This document shows, piece by piece, positions 39,844-51,500 of a DNA stretch of 64,000 nt. The translations under genes were made by a program, and so were the position numbers. The notes below the pieces were generated by a model. That model worked only from the letters and a program-made list of their open reading frames with translations, did not search any database and was not told the DNA's origin. How positions within the stretch are numbered: the first letter of the stretch is position 1; each line of letters begins with the position of its first letter. The stretch covers positions 1,984,001 to 2,048,000 of the forward strand of contig CP000071.1 in NCBI GenBank assembly GCA_000002445.1, read 5' to 3'. The DNA is from Trypanosoma brucei. Lineage: Eukaryota.

Positions 39844-41208
39844 ATGCCCATTTCGCAAGTGTTCATCCTTTCTCCTCGTGGTGAGAGAATTGTCTTTAAG
39901 GACTACAAACGAGATGCCCCTTCCAACACCGATGAGACTTTCTTTCGCACTTACAAATTCTGGGATGGAACCCACAGGAGGCTCATTCGGCACTCAGCGC
40001 CTGAGGGCGACTGCCCTCCATTCTTCACGGAAAAGGGTGTACACTTTTGCTTCGTCAAGCGTAACGAACTTCTTTTTGTTTGCACATCGCTGACAAACAC
40101 GTCGCCGAGTCTGACGCTGGACATGCTCCTTCGCATTTTGGAGGTCATCAGGGACTACTTGGGTTCCATCTCAGAAAAAGCAGTGCGACAAAACTTCACG
40201 TTAGTGTACGAGTTGTTGGATGAAGTGCTTGACCTCGGCATACCTCAGGAACTGAGCACGAAACGGCTGCGGCCGTATATTTTTAACGACATCGTTCCTG
40301 TAATGCGGGATAACTTCATATCCATGGATTACCTTGTCGATAGCTTAGGCATCGGGGATATTTTGGAACAGACACGGTGCAGTGATGCAACAGAAACGTC
40401 CGTTATGAAGGCATCTGCGGAGCAGAGAAACGAGATTTATGTGGATTTAATTGAGCGCCTTCATGCCGTATTTGACGCTGCTGGACAGGTGGTGGTGGTA
40501 GGTGTTGATGGCTCAATCGTCATGAAAAGTTTTCTTGTGGGTACCCCAGTTCTTAACCTGTTCTTGAGCGGTGGATTTGGCGTTAGGGGGTATGAGCTTT
40601 CTTCTTCCTTACTTGATTACGTCAACTTCCACGACGAGGCTGACTACAACAAATTCGAGTCTGAGCGACTGCTCTCAATCCACCCACCGGAGGGAGAGTT
40701 CACGCTCATGAGTTATCACTGTAGTATTTCAGCGACCACGATGCCGCTCCATCTCGCACATTCGCTGGTCGAGTTGTCAGAGCATCAGTTAGAACTGGAA
40801 TTGCGCGTGCGGGCGGCTATTCCCGCCGGCCGTTACGCCATAAACGTCACCGTCACTGTTCCTACACCACCGTTCTGTACCGCTGCGGCAGCGGAGCTTA
40901 AGGCGGACGTCTCAGGACAAGCATTTGAGCACAGGAAAGAAGAGTGTTGTGCCGTGTGGAGCATTGAGAAGCTCTTGGGGACGGCCGAAGAGGTCTGCAG
41001 CATTCGTCTCAGTACGGGTACAGCGGTGAAACCGGATGTTCACCGCAAATTAGGCCCCATCTCGGTGGAGTTTGAGGTCCCGCAGTACAGTCTGACAGGT
41101 CTCAGCGTCAAGGCACTGGATATCACAGAGCGTAGCGATGCTTACAACCCGTCACGTTGGATTAGAAACATTGTGTTAGCTGATTCCTACGTATTCCGAA
41201 CACATTGA
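39844..41208 (+). CDS. Adaptor protein complex mu subunit, most similar to AP-4 mu
   Basis: The N-terminal longin-like domain, MPISQVFILSPRGERIVFKDYKRD...VYELLDEVLDLGIPQ, aligns by eye with human AP4M1 ([23 protein letters not shown]...VYELLDEVLDYGYVQ). At 454 aa it fits mu-adaptins. Confidence 0.7.
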   Translation: MPISQVFILSPRGERIVFKDYKRDAPSNTDETFFRTYKFWDGTHRRLIRHSAPEGDCPPFFTEKGVHFCFVKRNELLFVCTSLTNTSPSLTLDMLLRILEVIRDYLGSISEKAVRQNFTLVYELLDEVLDLGIPQELSTKRLRPYIFNDIVPVMRDNFISMDYLVDSLGIGDILEQTRCSDATETSVMKASAEQRNEIYVDLIERLHAVFDAAGQVVVVGVDGSIVMKSFLVGTPVLNLFLSGGFGVRGYELSSSLLDYVNFHDEADYNKFESERLLSIHPPEGEFTLMSYHCSISATTMPLHLAHSLVELSEHQLELELRVRAAIPAGRYAINVTVTVPTPPFCTAAAAELKADVSGQAFEHRKEECCAVWSIEKLLGTAEEVCSIRLSTGTAVKPDVHRKLGPISVEFEVPQYSLTGLSVKALDITERSDAYNPSRWIRNIVLADSYVFRTH

Positions 41209-41468
41209 AGTGTTTTGTCACTTTTATGGAGTTCTGCACGTCGCAGTGAACGCCGCGATTGGCGGCAAGCTTGTTGAGATTGCTGCTGTCACCACTGTTT
41301 CCTGTGGTTTTCGAGCTTTTATCGTCTCATACTGCTTTATTTGAAATGTATATACGCATATTAGTGTCACCGTCTTATGGCATCCTTTGCTTCCCATTTT
41401 AGTTGTTTCCTCCCCCCTCGTCCAATAAACGAAATAGGTCTCCAACTCAGTTGTCTGGATCGAATACG

Positions 41469-44400
41469 ATGAAGGGCTCGACTTCCAACTCAGCTCTGTG
41501 GGTTACCGCCGACCAGCGCTCGTCCGAGCGGTTAGAAGAGAAAGACGTAGACTATAGTAAGGAGCCGCTTTTCTTCGACATCCCTCCCATACAGCAGGCG
41601 GACGCGGCGGTAAGGCCGGTAAAGTCCACAAGAGGAATTCCATGGAGGCGGATTAGGGAGTCGGGTGTGATTGCCCCAGACCTGGACCTTAAACCGCCGT
41701 CACCCATAAGAGTCGTGATTGATATCAGAGATAAAAGGGAGAGGAAGGGAAGTAAGGACGATGGGGTTTTTGCAGCACTTCCACCACGTAGTGGCTCTTT
41801 CTCCTTGAAAAGCTCACGTGACGTGCCAGGTCCACCGAAAACGGTGGAGGAGTTGTTAGGTGCCCAATGGGGTCCGCAGTGCACAGGGCGGGCATCTTCT
41901 GACAGCGAAACAGGATATGTCAGCCCAAGCCTCGTTGAGGTCGCTACCACTGCGGTGACCACCGCCGCCGGCAACAAACATGTCAACCCGCGCTTTACTG
42001 GAGACGCCTTAATTCTGAGGTCACCTCGGCAGACACGGGCGGCGCTACTTCGGCGGGAGTTCAACGCCAGAACTGCCAGAGAAAAGGTTTTGAGTGCATT
42101 TGCGCAATCGACGCCTCGCTCTTTGCCTACTAGCAAACGTCCATCCATAGACCTTAGCGAAGAATATAACGCTGTGGCCAGGAGAAGGGGCGCCTGGGTA
42201 GGGGTAAAGGGCTTTCCAGCCGCTGCAGCTACGTGTGTAGGCTCAGCGTCGTGCCTGGGGTGGCCGACGGGTCTGCCTCCCCGTGGTAAATCATCCGCGT
42301 CCCCACGAACCATGAAAAGTGCAACGTCCCTTCCCTTTGACCCACACTCTGTCATCGAAAGAAATAGAGAGTGTGATGACAAGAGGAAGGTGCAGGGCAG
42401 CTCCCCGTACTTATCAGCTGTACCATCCCCTGCTCTACGTGGCAACTGCTCGTCGAAAAAGAACACCGGCACCGCCACCAATGAGCATGTTGGCGGTCCG
42501 GCGCCACGCATTGCCAGTTGCAGTATTGCTTCATTTGATGATCATTTTTCAAGCACAAGCCCGAGAAAAGGGACGGTGAACAACGAAAACACAGGGAAGA
42601 GCCTCACTGATTGGCCAATGACGTCGGTGGCACGGCGGACCAATGTTCCATACGAACTTACCTCGTCTGTCGATAGCATTGATACGGAAGAATTCGATTA
42701 TGAAAAGTGCCTGCTGCAAAAAAACGACCACTATGCAACTCAGTCCCACGGCCACCCTGGAAAAAACCGTTGCAAACATTCCTTAGGACACGACAACGAC
42801 TCCTGTCAGCTTAATATTGTTGAAGTCTCTGATGTCACTGAAGTTGATGGGCCAACGAAGGCGGGTCAAGCAGGTCACTGCAGACATAAAATGAATCTGT
42901 CCACGGGTTCGTGTGTGCCTTTTTTTCGGGAACTGCTAGACGGGCGTGGGAAACTGCAGGATGACACCTCCAGTATTGCATTCGAGACGCTGTTAGAACC
43001 AAATGCCATTGTTGGAGCTACTCTTTCTGGTTTACAAACAGCGCGGAGGGCGGAACCGCAAACCACTAATGAGAGGCTGCGCGATGACACCTCCAGTATT
43101 GCATTCGAGACGCTGTTAGAACCAAATGCCATTGTTGGAGCTACTCCTTCTGGTTTACAAACAGCGCGGAGGGCGGAACCGCAAACCACTAATGAGAGGC
43201 TGCGCGATGACACCTCCAGTATTGCATTCGAGACGCTGTTAGAACCAAATGCCATTGTTGGAGCTACTCCTTCTGGTTTACAAACAGCCCGGAGGGCGGA
43301 ACCGCAAACCACTAATGAGAGGCTGCGCGATGACACCTCCAGTATTGCATTCGAGACACTGTTAGAACCAAATGCCATTGTTGGAGCTACTCCTTCTGGT
43401 TTACAAACAGCCCGGAGGGCGGAACCGCAAACCACTAATGAGAGGCTGCGCGATGACACCTCCAGTATTGCATTCGAGACGCTGTTAGAACCAAATGCCA
43501 TTGTTGGAGCTACTCTTTCTGGTTTACAAACAGCGCGGAGGGCGGAACCGCAAACCACTAATGAGAGGCTGCGCGATGACACCTCCAGTATTGCATTCGA
43601 GACGCTGTTAGAACCAAATGCCATTGTTGGAGCTACTCCTTCTGGTTTACAAACAGCGCGGAGGGCGGAACCGCAAACCACTAATGAGAGGCTGCGCGAT
43701 GACACCTCCAGTATTGCATTCGAGACGCTGTTAGAACCAAATGCCATTGTTGGAGCTACTCTTTCTGGTTTACAAACAGCGCGGAGGGCGGAACCGCAAA
43801 CCACTAATGAGAGGCTGCGCGATGACACCTCCAGTATTGCATTCGAGACGCTGTTAGAACCAAATGCCATTGTTGGAGCTACTCTTTCTGGTTTACAAAC
43901 AGCGCGGAGGGCGGAACCGCAAACCACTAATGAGAGGCTGCGCGATGACACCTCCAGTATTGCATTCGAGACACTGTTAGAACCAAATGCCATTGTTGGA
44001 GCTACTCCTTCTGGTTTACAAACAGCGCGGAGGGCGGAACCGCAAACCACTAATGAGAGGCTGCGCGATGACACCTCCAGTATTGCATTCGAGACGCTGT
44101 TAGAACCAAATGCCATTGTTGGAGCTACTCCTTCTGGTTTACAAACAGCGCGGAGGGCGGAACCGCAAACCACTAATGAGAGGCTGCGCGATGACACCTC
44201 CAGTATTGCATTCGAGACGCTGTTAGAACCAAATGCCATTGTTGGAGCTACTCTTTCTGGTTTACAAACAGCGCGGAGGGCGGAACCGCAAACCACTAAT
44301 GAGAGGCTGCGCGATGACACCTCCAGTATTGCATTCGAGACGCTGTTAGAACCAAATGCCATTGTTGGAGCTACTCCTTCTGGTTTACAAACAGCGCGGA

Positions 44401-46205
44401 GGGCGGAACCGCAAACCACTAATGAGAGGCTGCGCGATGACACCTCCAGTATTGCATTCGAGACACTGTTAGAACCAAATGCCATTGTTGGAGCTACTCC
44501 TTCTGGTTTACAAACAGCGCGGAGGGCGGAACCGCAAACCACTAATGAGAGGCTGCGCGATGACACCTCCAGTATTGCATTCGAGACGCTGTTAGAACCA
44601 AATGCCATTGTTGGAGCTACTCTTTCTGGTTTACAAACAGCGCGGAGGGCGGAACCGCAAACCACTAATGAGAGGCTGCGCGATGACACCTCCAGTATTG
44701 CATTCGAGACGCTGTTAGAACCAAATGCCATTGTTGGAGCTACTCCTTCTGGTTTACAAACAGCGCGGAGGGCGGAACCGCAAACCACTAATGAGAGGCT
44801 GCGCGATGACACCTCCAGTATTGCATTCGAGACACTGTTAGAACCAAATGCCATTGTTGGAGCTACTCCTTCTGGTTTACAAACAGCGCGGAGGGCGGAA
44901 CCGCAAACCACTAATGAGAGGCTGCGCGATGACACCTCCAGTATTGCATTCGAGACACTGTTAGAACCAAATGCCATTGTTGGAGCTACTCCTTCTGGTT
45001 TACAAACAGCGCGGAGGGCGGAACCGCAAACCACTAATGAGAGGCTGCGCGATGACACCTCCAGTATTGCATTCGAGACGCTGTTAGAACCAAATGCCAT
45101 TGTTGGAGCTACTCCTTCTGGTTTACAAACAGCGCGGATTATAACTGCTGATATTTCTGAAGATAGGTGCTCGTGGGTCAACTCCACTGTTTCTCTGGAG
45201 TCGCTATCGGACGCTGGCTTGGGAACGAACAACATCGTAGGGGACTTTATGACGTCCGATGTTATTGTGGACTCTTTGGGGGAGAGCCCGCAAGGAAATA
45301 GTGGTGTCAGAGATGAGGTACAGAGTGAATCGCGTGATACCTTTACTGGTGAATCAAGTCTAACACCGCGCAGTCTGAAAAGCTGCTTTGATAACGGAGA
45401 GACTGATTCGCTGCCGCCCATTTTACGCTCCGGAGCACGCTCGGTGATTGTGCCAAACTCTTCTCGCGTGAGTTTTTCTGGAGCAGGCACTAGGAAAACA
45501 TTATCCGAGGTCAGGCGTCCATCATCGGATAATGGGGACGGTTGCGTCATCTCCACTCGTTCCTCCTCCCCTCGACTGTGGACTCCATCGAAGATACGAA
45601 TTAGGGGAGAGGATATACTGGTTCCGAGGCATCATCGCACAGAAAACAAGGGGGTTAGAGTCGACTCCCCGGCGGGTCGTTCCGTTTTGTCAACATACGC
45701 TACGCTCCGCAATAGAAATTATCTGGGGCTTATGCGACGGTACTTTCTCACCTGGAAAGGGTTGGCAAAGCATTGTACGACACGAACTGCATCCACTATA
45801 GGACAATCACCCACTACCTGTGGAAGTTGTGTGGATGACTCGTCATGTGGCTTTGTTCCCACCACCGCCGTGGTAGCTTCACTTGCCGCAGCCGCAGCCG
45901 CAGCCGCCCCCACCTCCTCCAGAGCACATGGCGTCAACAACCCACACAGTGATCCCTCTAAGATACGTAATCTCACTGCGAGGAGTCTTAAGTTGCTTTT
46001 AGGTGACAACTATCACTCGGCAGATTACGTCTACAATCATTTGCGTAGGAAGCGACTTGGGCAACCAAGGTCCCACTATAGAATGGTGCCACCGGATGAA
46101 GATGATTATGTGTCATCGGGCAGCCGCCACAGGAGCATATGTTCAGCAGAAACAAGCTTTTCGTACCCGTCTGACGATGTGACCACGCCGATATCGATGG
46201 CGTGA
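41469..46205 (+). CDS. Repeat-containing protein (1579 aa) with about 17.7 tandem copies of a 41-aa unit; hypothetical
   Basis: Continuous ORF from the ATG at 41469 through the repeat array to 46205. The track start at 41403 is TTG. Repeat unit: DDTSSIAFETLLEPNAIVGAT[P/L]SGLQTARRAEPQTTNERLR. The flanks are unique and S/T/P-rich. Confidence 0.7.
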   Translation: MKGSTSNSALWVTADQRSSERLEEKDVDYSKEPLFFDIPPIQQADAAVRPVKSTRGIPWRRIRESGVIAPDLDLKPPSPIRVVIDIRDKRERKGSKDDGVFAALPPRSGSFSLKSSRDVPGPPKTVEELLGAQWGPQCTGRASSDSETGYVSPSLVEVATTAVTTAAGNKHVNPRFTGDALILRSPRQTRAALLRREFNARTAREKVLSAFAQSTPRSLPTSKRPSIDLSEEYNAVARRRGAWVGVKGFPAAAATCVGSASCLGWPTGLPPRGKSSASPRTMKSATSLPFDPHSVIERNRECDDKRKVQGSSPYLSAVPSPALRGNCSSKKNTGTATNEHVGGPAPRIASCSIASFDDHFSSTSPRKGTVNNENTGKSLTDWPMTSVARRTNVPYELTSSVDSIDTEEFDYEKCLLQKNDHYATQSHGHPGKNRCKHSLGHDNDSCQLNIVEVSDVTEVDGPTKAGQAGHCRHKMNLSTGSCVPFFRELLDGRGKLQDDTSSIAFETLLEPNAIVGATLSGLQTARRAEPQTTNERLRDDTSSIAFETLLEPNAIVGATPSGLQTARRAEPQTTNERLRDDTSSIAFETLLEPNAIVGATPSGLQTARRAEPQTTNERLRDDTSSIAFETLLEPNAIVGATPSGLQTARRAEPQTTNERLRDDTSSIAFETLLEPNAIVGATLSGLQTARRAEPQTTNERLRDDTSSIAFETLLEPNAIVGATPSGLQTARRAEPQTTNERLRDDTSSIAFETLLEPNAIVGATLSGLQTARRAEPQTTNERLRDDTSSIAFETLLEPNAIVGATLSGLQTARRAEPQTTNERLRDDTSSIAFETLLEPNAIVGATPSGLQTARRAEPQTTNERLRDDTSSIAFETLLEPNAIVGATPSGLQTARRAEPQTTNERLRDDTSSIAFETLLEPNAIVGATLSGLQTARRAEPQTTNERLRDDTSSIAFETLLEPNAIVGATPSGLQTARRAEPQTTNERLRDDTSSIAFETLLEPNAIVGATPSGLQTARRAEPQTTNERLRDDTSSIAFETLLEPNAIVGATLSGLQTARRAEPQTTNERLRDDTSSIAFETLLEPNAIVGATPSGLQTARRAEPQTTNERLRDDTSSIAFETLLEPNAIVGATPSGLQTARRAEPQTTNERLRDDTSSIAFETLLEPNAIVGATPSGLQTARRAEPQTTNERLRDDTSSIAFETLLEPNAIVGATPSGLQTARIITADISEDRCSWVNSTVSLESLSDAGLGTNNIVGDFMTSDVIVDSLGESPQGNSGVRDEVQSESRDTFTGESSLTPRSLKSCFDNGETDSLPPILRSGARSVIVPNSSRVSFSGAGTRKTLSEVRRPSSDNGDGCVISTRSSSPRLWTPSKIRIRGEDILVPRHHRTENKGVRVDSPAGRSVLSTYATLRNRNYLGLMRRYFLTWKGLAKHCTTRTASTIGQSPTTCGSCVDDSSCGFVPTTAVVASLAAAAAAAAPTSSRAHGVNNPHSDPSKIRNLTARSLKLLLGDNYHSADYVYNHLRRKRLGQPRSHYRMVPPDEDDYVSSGSRHRSICSAETSFSYPSDDVTTPISMA
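42960..45138. repeat. Tandem array of about 17.7 copies of a 123-nt unit at above 98% identity, lying within the CDS
   Basis: The period is 123 nt (a unit starts at 42960 and the next at 43083). The variants are ctc/cct (Leu/Pro), acg/aca and gcg/gcc, arranged in an irregular higher-order pattern. The array ends at 45138, where the sequence diverges into attataactg. Confidence 0.9.
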
Positions 46206-46734
46206 TGTGAGTTGACAGTGATGTTGGGGCGGGTATATGGAACGGAGAGTTTATCCGGTCCTAATTATTTATAATGTATACTGTGCGACTCTGTTTCCAC
46301 CGGAAGAGTTATTGTGAGTGTCAGTTGGATGCGCCGCGGTGCAGGACCTAGTCAAGGCCGTATGTGCGTCAGCTTGCTCATTCTTTCACGTGGCGAGAAA
46401 AATTGGTGGAAAAAAATTGCTCCTGATAGATGGTTTAGAAATGCCATTTTCTCTTTGTTGTTTTCTCACTGTTGCTTTGATTCCTACTTCACGCCTACCT
46501 TCATATTCATTTTGTGTACACCGCATTTGTCCTTCGATTTTGGGGTTTGTTGCTTTCCCTATCCTTTGTAGCATTCTGTCTGTTTCCTATCTCTTGTTGG
46601 GGCCAGTGGAAGACGCGAAGCATAGAAATCGAGCCAAACATCGTCCACCCGCCCACCCACATAAGCGCATAGAGATACAGGTGGCGTGTGCTAAAGGATA
46701 GATCAACTGCACTGAACGTGTGACAGCGTGCCAT

Positions 46735-46763
46735 AACTCTCCCTCCCCTCCCCCCCTCCCCAG
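46735..46763 (+). promoter_or_regulatory. C/T-rich polypyrimidine tract plus AG; candidate trans-splice acceptor
   Basis: ctctccctcccctccccccctccccAG lies 28 nt upstream of the ATG at 46791. Confidence 0.5.
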
Positions 46764-46790
46764 GTAGATATCTCCGTGGGATAGGAAAAC

Positions 46791-47741
46791 ATGTGGGAAG
46801 CCGCTTGCTTGGATGGGTCTCTCAAAGGCGTTCAACAGGAGACACTACGGTTCGAAGAAGACAGCGGTCTACATGAGCGTGATTCTCCGACCATTTGGAG
46901 CAAGAACAGCTTAAGATACCACGACACGACACAGCCATACGTGAGGGACGGAGAAGAGAAGCAACGGCAACACACCAATGTGCATTCTATTGTCCTTTCC
47001 GACTTGGACAACAGCGGCGAAGATGCTCCGCAGATGCAGCTAAATGAACATAGCGTAAACACTTCTAGGGTGTTGTTCACCTCGAGGGCAGATTTCACGT
47101 CGTTCTGTTCCGTGGAAGAGAAAAATCCAGAGAATGCAGAAGTGGCTACGAGGCGCGCGCTCACAATTCACAACAATGCCCGCCAAATTCTTCAGGCTTA
47201 CCGCGCTTTGAAGTTCACCATTGAGCAACAGGTGTACAGGCGCTACTTTTTGAAGTGGCTGCAACTCCACTGGTCGAGAGGCCCAGTTGGTGGACCCATA
47301 CAGACATCAGCAGCACTACCCTTGTGCTCCACGCCGCAGGTGGTGAAGAGACAATTGGAAGATGGTATGGAAGGTCTCCTGTGGGACACGGCATCTAAAT
47401 CAACGCCGTTGTCAGTTCCCAGTAGTATTAAATACGGATTGAGCAGCACAGGGCACAGTGGATCAAACAGGCGACAGGAGCTGCAGAGCGACGGCCAACC
47501 ATACGAAAGCACGCCACGCAACTCGCCATGGAGTGCGACAAAGGAACCTTCATGTAAGCTTGCTTATGGCGAGAAGCACAACACGCCATCTACGTCAGCC
47601 ACTCCGTCCAATAAGGACTCTTCCCTTTACTCGTGCAACGTGTCATCCATCCACCCGGACAGAGGAACACCCCAACGCGAAGAATTCCCGTGCCTTCGCC
47701 TCCCGGCGCTAGGCACGCCGCGGTCGCAGAGTGTGAACTGA
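46791..47741 (+). CDS. Hypothetical protein (316 aa), S/T-rich
   Basis: ATG ORF with a textbook polypyrimidine-AG upstream, co-oriented in the cluster. No domain recognised. Confidence 0.4.
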   Translation: MWEAACLDGSLKGVQQETLRFEEDSGLHERDSPTIWSKNSLRYHDTTQPYVRDGEEKQRQHTNVHSIVLSDLDNSGEDAPQMQLNEHSVNTSRVLFTSRADFTSFCSVEEKNPENAEVATRRALTIHNNARQILQAYRALKFTIEQQVYRRYFLKWLQLHWSRGPVGGPIQTSAALPLCSTPQVVKRQLEDGMEGLLWDTASKSTPLSVPSSIKYGLSSTGHSGSNRRQELQSDGQPYESTPRNSPWSATKEPSCKLAYGEKHNTPSTSATPSNKDSSLYSCNVSSIHPDRGTPQREEFPCLRLPALGTPRSQSVN

Positions 47742-48598
47742 CTATAAAGAAACTCGGCACACTCTCGTACACAATAGATGGTAAATGAAAACACCATTCT
47801 GGTCTTCATAGACGGTTAGAAGCTCGCTTTTGCAAGATACCATTGACTGACGCTAGTAACGGTAAACACTGATGCCGTACTGGGTTCCGTGCGTAGATCG
47901 TAATTGAATATGTTAATCGGCTAGGACATAGATCCAAACCAACAGTGTCTTCTGATGGGTTCCTCGCTCGTTCTCTTTCCCTCACCTTATCTCCTTATAT
48001 TGCCTTTAGGTTTACAGTAGGTTGCTCATATGTTCCCGCACATAGTTAGAGTTATTTGAAATTTCGACCATTTCATTACAGTGGCGACTGATAGTGGGAA
48101 TGGCGTTACCGTTGGTGAAGCCACCGGAGATGCGGTAATAAAACTCAGGAGCCTGTATTTCTGCTTTTTTTGCGGAGAAGTATCATCACATTCCAGCCGA
48201 TGTGTATGATTCTGCTGTAGCGGGGCCTGTGGTTGGTACCTTCGTTGTGATAAGATGGCTGATGGCGGATTTTTTTTTTCTTCGGGCTGTGGTGTCGCCA
48301 CCCTACGGTGTGTAACAAGATCAAATAAAATGACGCTATAGATTTGTAGAACGTTGGTTGCGGAACTTTCGGCCCTTCATTTACCCTTGGTTGCCGCAGG
48401 CGGGAGGCAAAGGGAATCTTCGCGTCCACAGACTTCATTCGCTTACCCGCGTAGCCGACGTCATCAGCTCTCACATCCTTTAATAACAGACTTCAGCACA
48501 TCGTTCTCTTCGTTGCTCCCCCTCCTCTACCGTGCTTTTGCTCCCATTTTTTTTTTGAAAAAAAAAAACTCGTGGTGTAACAATTGAAAGCAAGTGCA

Positions 48599-51500
48599 AT
48601 GGAAGAGTTGGTGGACGTACTCAAGCGGGCACAGTCCGCTGTGCTCCATGCGCAGTACGACTTGATCCAACTCCGCCACCTGCAGGACGAGGGCAAAGAG
48701 GCTATCAAAACCTCAGCAGACTATGTGAATAACGATGCGTTGCTGCATCAACTGAGGGCGCAGAGTAAACAAGAAGATGCAGTGCAGCATCTAGAAAGGG
48801 GCGTGCGGCTGATGCGAAACCTACTAAAGGACCCAATACAACAAAAACCGAACAACAACGCGGTGCCGCAGGAGGCACCTCAACAACAACAACAAACGGA
48901 AAGGAGCGAGCAGGAGTTGAAAATAAATGCGGTGAAGCAGGCAATGCAGCGCTACATCGAGGGCCAGCGCAACCTCAAACAACAGTGGGAGTGGGAATTA
49001 CATGCCAAACTCACAGCTAAGGACGACTGCATCGACGAAGTGCGCCACAACGCAGCAGATTTAGTGAGACGGGTAACGGAGCGGCGGGTGCTTGCGCGCG
49101 CGCTGCATAAGTGGCGTAGGCGCACGGCAAGTCTGGTCGCTGGTTGCGAAAGAAACATTGTAGCGCAGGAGCTAGGAAGAATGAGGACGACACTTGCCAA
49201 GAGCTTTGCAGCAGCTCGGGCTGTAGTTGTTTTGCGGCAGCGCTGTTTCCACCGATGGCACTTGCAGATGATGCGCTCGTTGATGCGAAAGGAACAGCAA
49301 AAGCATGAGGAGCTGAGTATGAAGCTACAACACGCGGAAGAGGAGCTGCAACGGCAACACGATGTACTTATAGAAGCTTTAGATGCCAAAAGACCTGACG
49401 CGGGACTGAAGCTGCAACGACAGCAGCATGAGGAAATATTGCGGCTTAGGTCAGTGGTAGACGGGATGGTGCGTGAGTTCAAGGAGCGGACCGACACTTA
49501 CATTCGACAGCAGGAGGAACTATCGCAGTACTATGAGGAGCGCCAGGCGATGCTCATGGAGGAAGTAGTCATCGCTGAAGTACGTCGACAACAGCAGGAT
49601 GAAGTGTTGCGGTGTAGGGTATTTGAAACTTCGAAGCATAAGCAGTGGACCGAGGCGCTTTGTGGTCTTGTTGCTGATTGTGTCAAGGAGAAAGCACTTG
49701 CACTGTATAACGAGGCGCTGGCAGCGAACAACGATTCGAATCAGTATTGTAACGAATTGGAAGCCCTGTTGTTGCAGCAGCGGCACGAGGTAATAGAGTC
49801 GCTGAAAGCTCGCGTTCAAGAACTTGAGCGCCGCTGCGCGGAGGCGGGGGAACTCTTAGATGGGTGCAATAATGAGTTGCATGAGCGAAACATCGTCATT
49901 CGTAGCCTGAAGGAGACCTTCTCACAACGGTTACTTCGTGTCACTACCACGCAACGTATGCATGGCTACTGGGTCCTGTGGCAGAGACATGCGGAGGTTC
50001 GTCGCCAAAATAGGCGGCTACACGATGAAAGAATAGTGGCCCAGCAGCAGCGGCTAGTAGTAATGGAGGAGATGGACCGACGGTGTATTATTCAGTTGGA
50101 AGATTCGGCTCTGAAGTTGGTCGGGTCGTGGAGGAGCTGCTCGCAAGCGGAGGTGTTGTCGGAGGAGACGCTTGCTGAGCTTTCGGAGACGAGTACGCTT
50201 TGCGCTTCACTTCAAGAGGAAGTGGGGCAGCTTAGGTCGTACAACGCTGAGTTACTAGATACACAAAATGCTCAAGTGTCGGCCTGGTTTGCTTCAAAAC
50301 TAGAGTGCTTGCTCGAAGCAGAGCATGCACGGCGCATGGAGCTACGCTACAGCGAGCTGCGTACTCGCAAGGCTCTTGATAGAATGACAGCGGATCACAA
50401 CACCGCGGTGATGAGACAGAAATGTGCTGCAATGCAGGTCCAGCTCGACAACTCGCTGAAGCAGCTTCATCATGTTGGTGCTCTCGTTGCTGAGTATTGT
50501 GCGCGGAGTGCATTCAATTGTTGGTTGTTGAGCACTGAGCGAAGGCGACACAAGCGAGTGGCAGACAAAACGAGGTCGTGTATCACTATTGGCTCCGTCA
50601 GGAGCCTGGACGAGTCGACGCAGCACACCATTAGTGCACCAAGCAAGGAATCAGGGTCACTTCAGATGCAACCACACCATTCGGGGTGGGACAACGCGAG
50701 TGAAGTATTACTGCAGCGAGGGCAAGGTGTGGATCAGCAAAGTAACGTCACAAACATGGAGCGCTTGCGGTATAGTACCACCAGTGGGGTCAGCTCGTCT
50801 CCCACGGAAACGTGTGTGCGGGTGGGGGACGTAGAGCAATTGATGGGGGTGTGTCACCCGCCATGGACACCCTTAGTTGCTGTCAGTGGGGATCCCCATA
50901 AAAGTCCCGGTGGTATACAGTTGAACAGTGTCATGCATTTCATTTTAGCTGAACGGGACACGGTTATAGAGTACACTCACAACGTCGCGAGTGCGGTGTG
51001 GAGCGCCGCTGCGGATGCTATTGTTGCACAGCAGTGTGCGCACAAAGCGATAGTGGAGGAACTACAGCAGTACCAGTCTTTTCTGGAAAAGCGCATAGCC
51101 GTTTCTGGAGCCGCAGATGCAGAGGCGCCTTACCAGCAGCAGGAGGCAGCTGATCGCATCAAGTTCTTGCAGGAGCAGTGGGAGAAGTCGGAATCAAACA
51201 CCAACAACTTGAGACTGCAGCTGGAGCAGCTGCAGGCACAACAGGAAAAGGAAAGGGCAACTCAGAAGCGAATAGAATCTCAACTTGCGTCAGTAAGAGA
51301 AAGTAGGGACCGCTACGAGAAGGAGGTGGAGGTGTTGCAGCGGCGTGTAGGGGAGCAGTGGGAGCATAATGAGCTTGTTAAAGAGAAACTTTTGGCCTCC
51401 CAGCAAGACATCAAATCACTTCAGGCCAAAATAGAGGAAGAAAAGAACCGGTATAAGGAGGATGTTGGTGCATTGCGGAGACGGATAGACGAATACAAGG

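Noticed and set aside
42875-45556. 893-aa minus-strand ORF running antisense through the tandem-repeat array.
   Set aside because: It is open only because the 123-nt unit lacks stop codons in that antisense frame. Outside the repeats it extends only about 80 nt on one side and about 420 nt on the other. It has no polypyrimidine-AG context and opposes the orientation of the plus-strand cluster. The plus-strand frame is continuous with 1.5 kb and 1.1 kb of unique flanking coding sequence.
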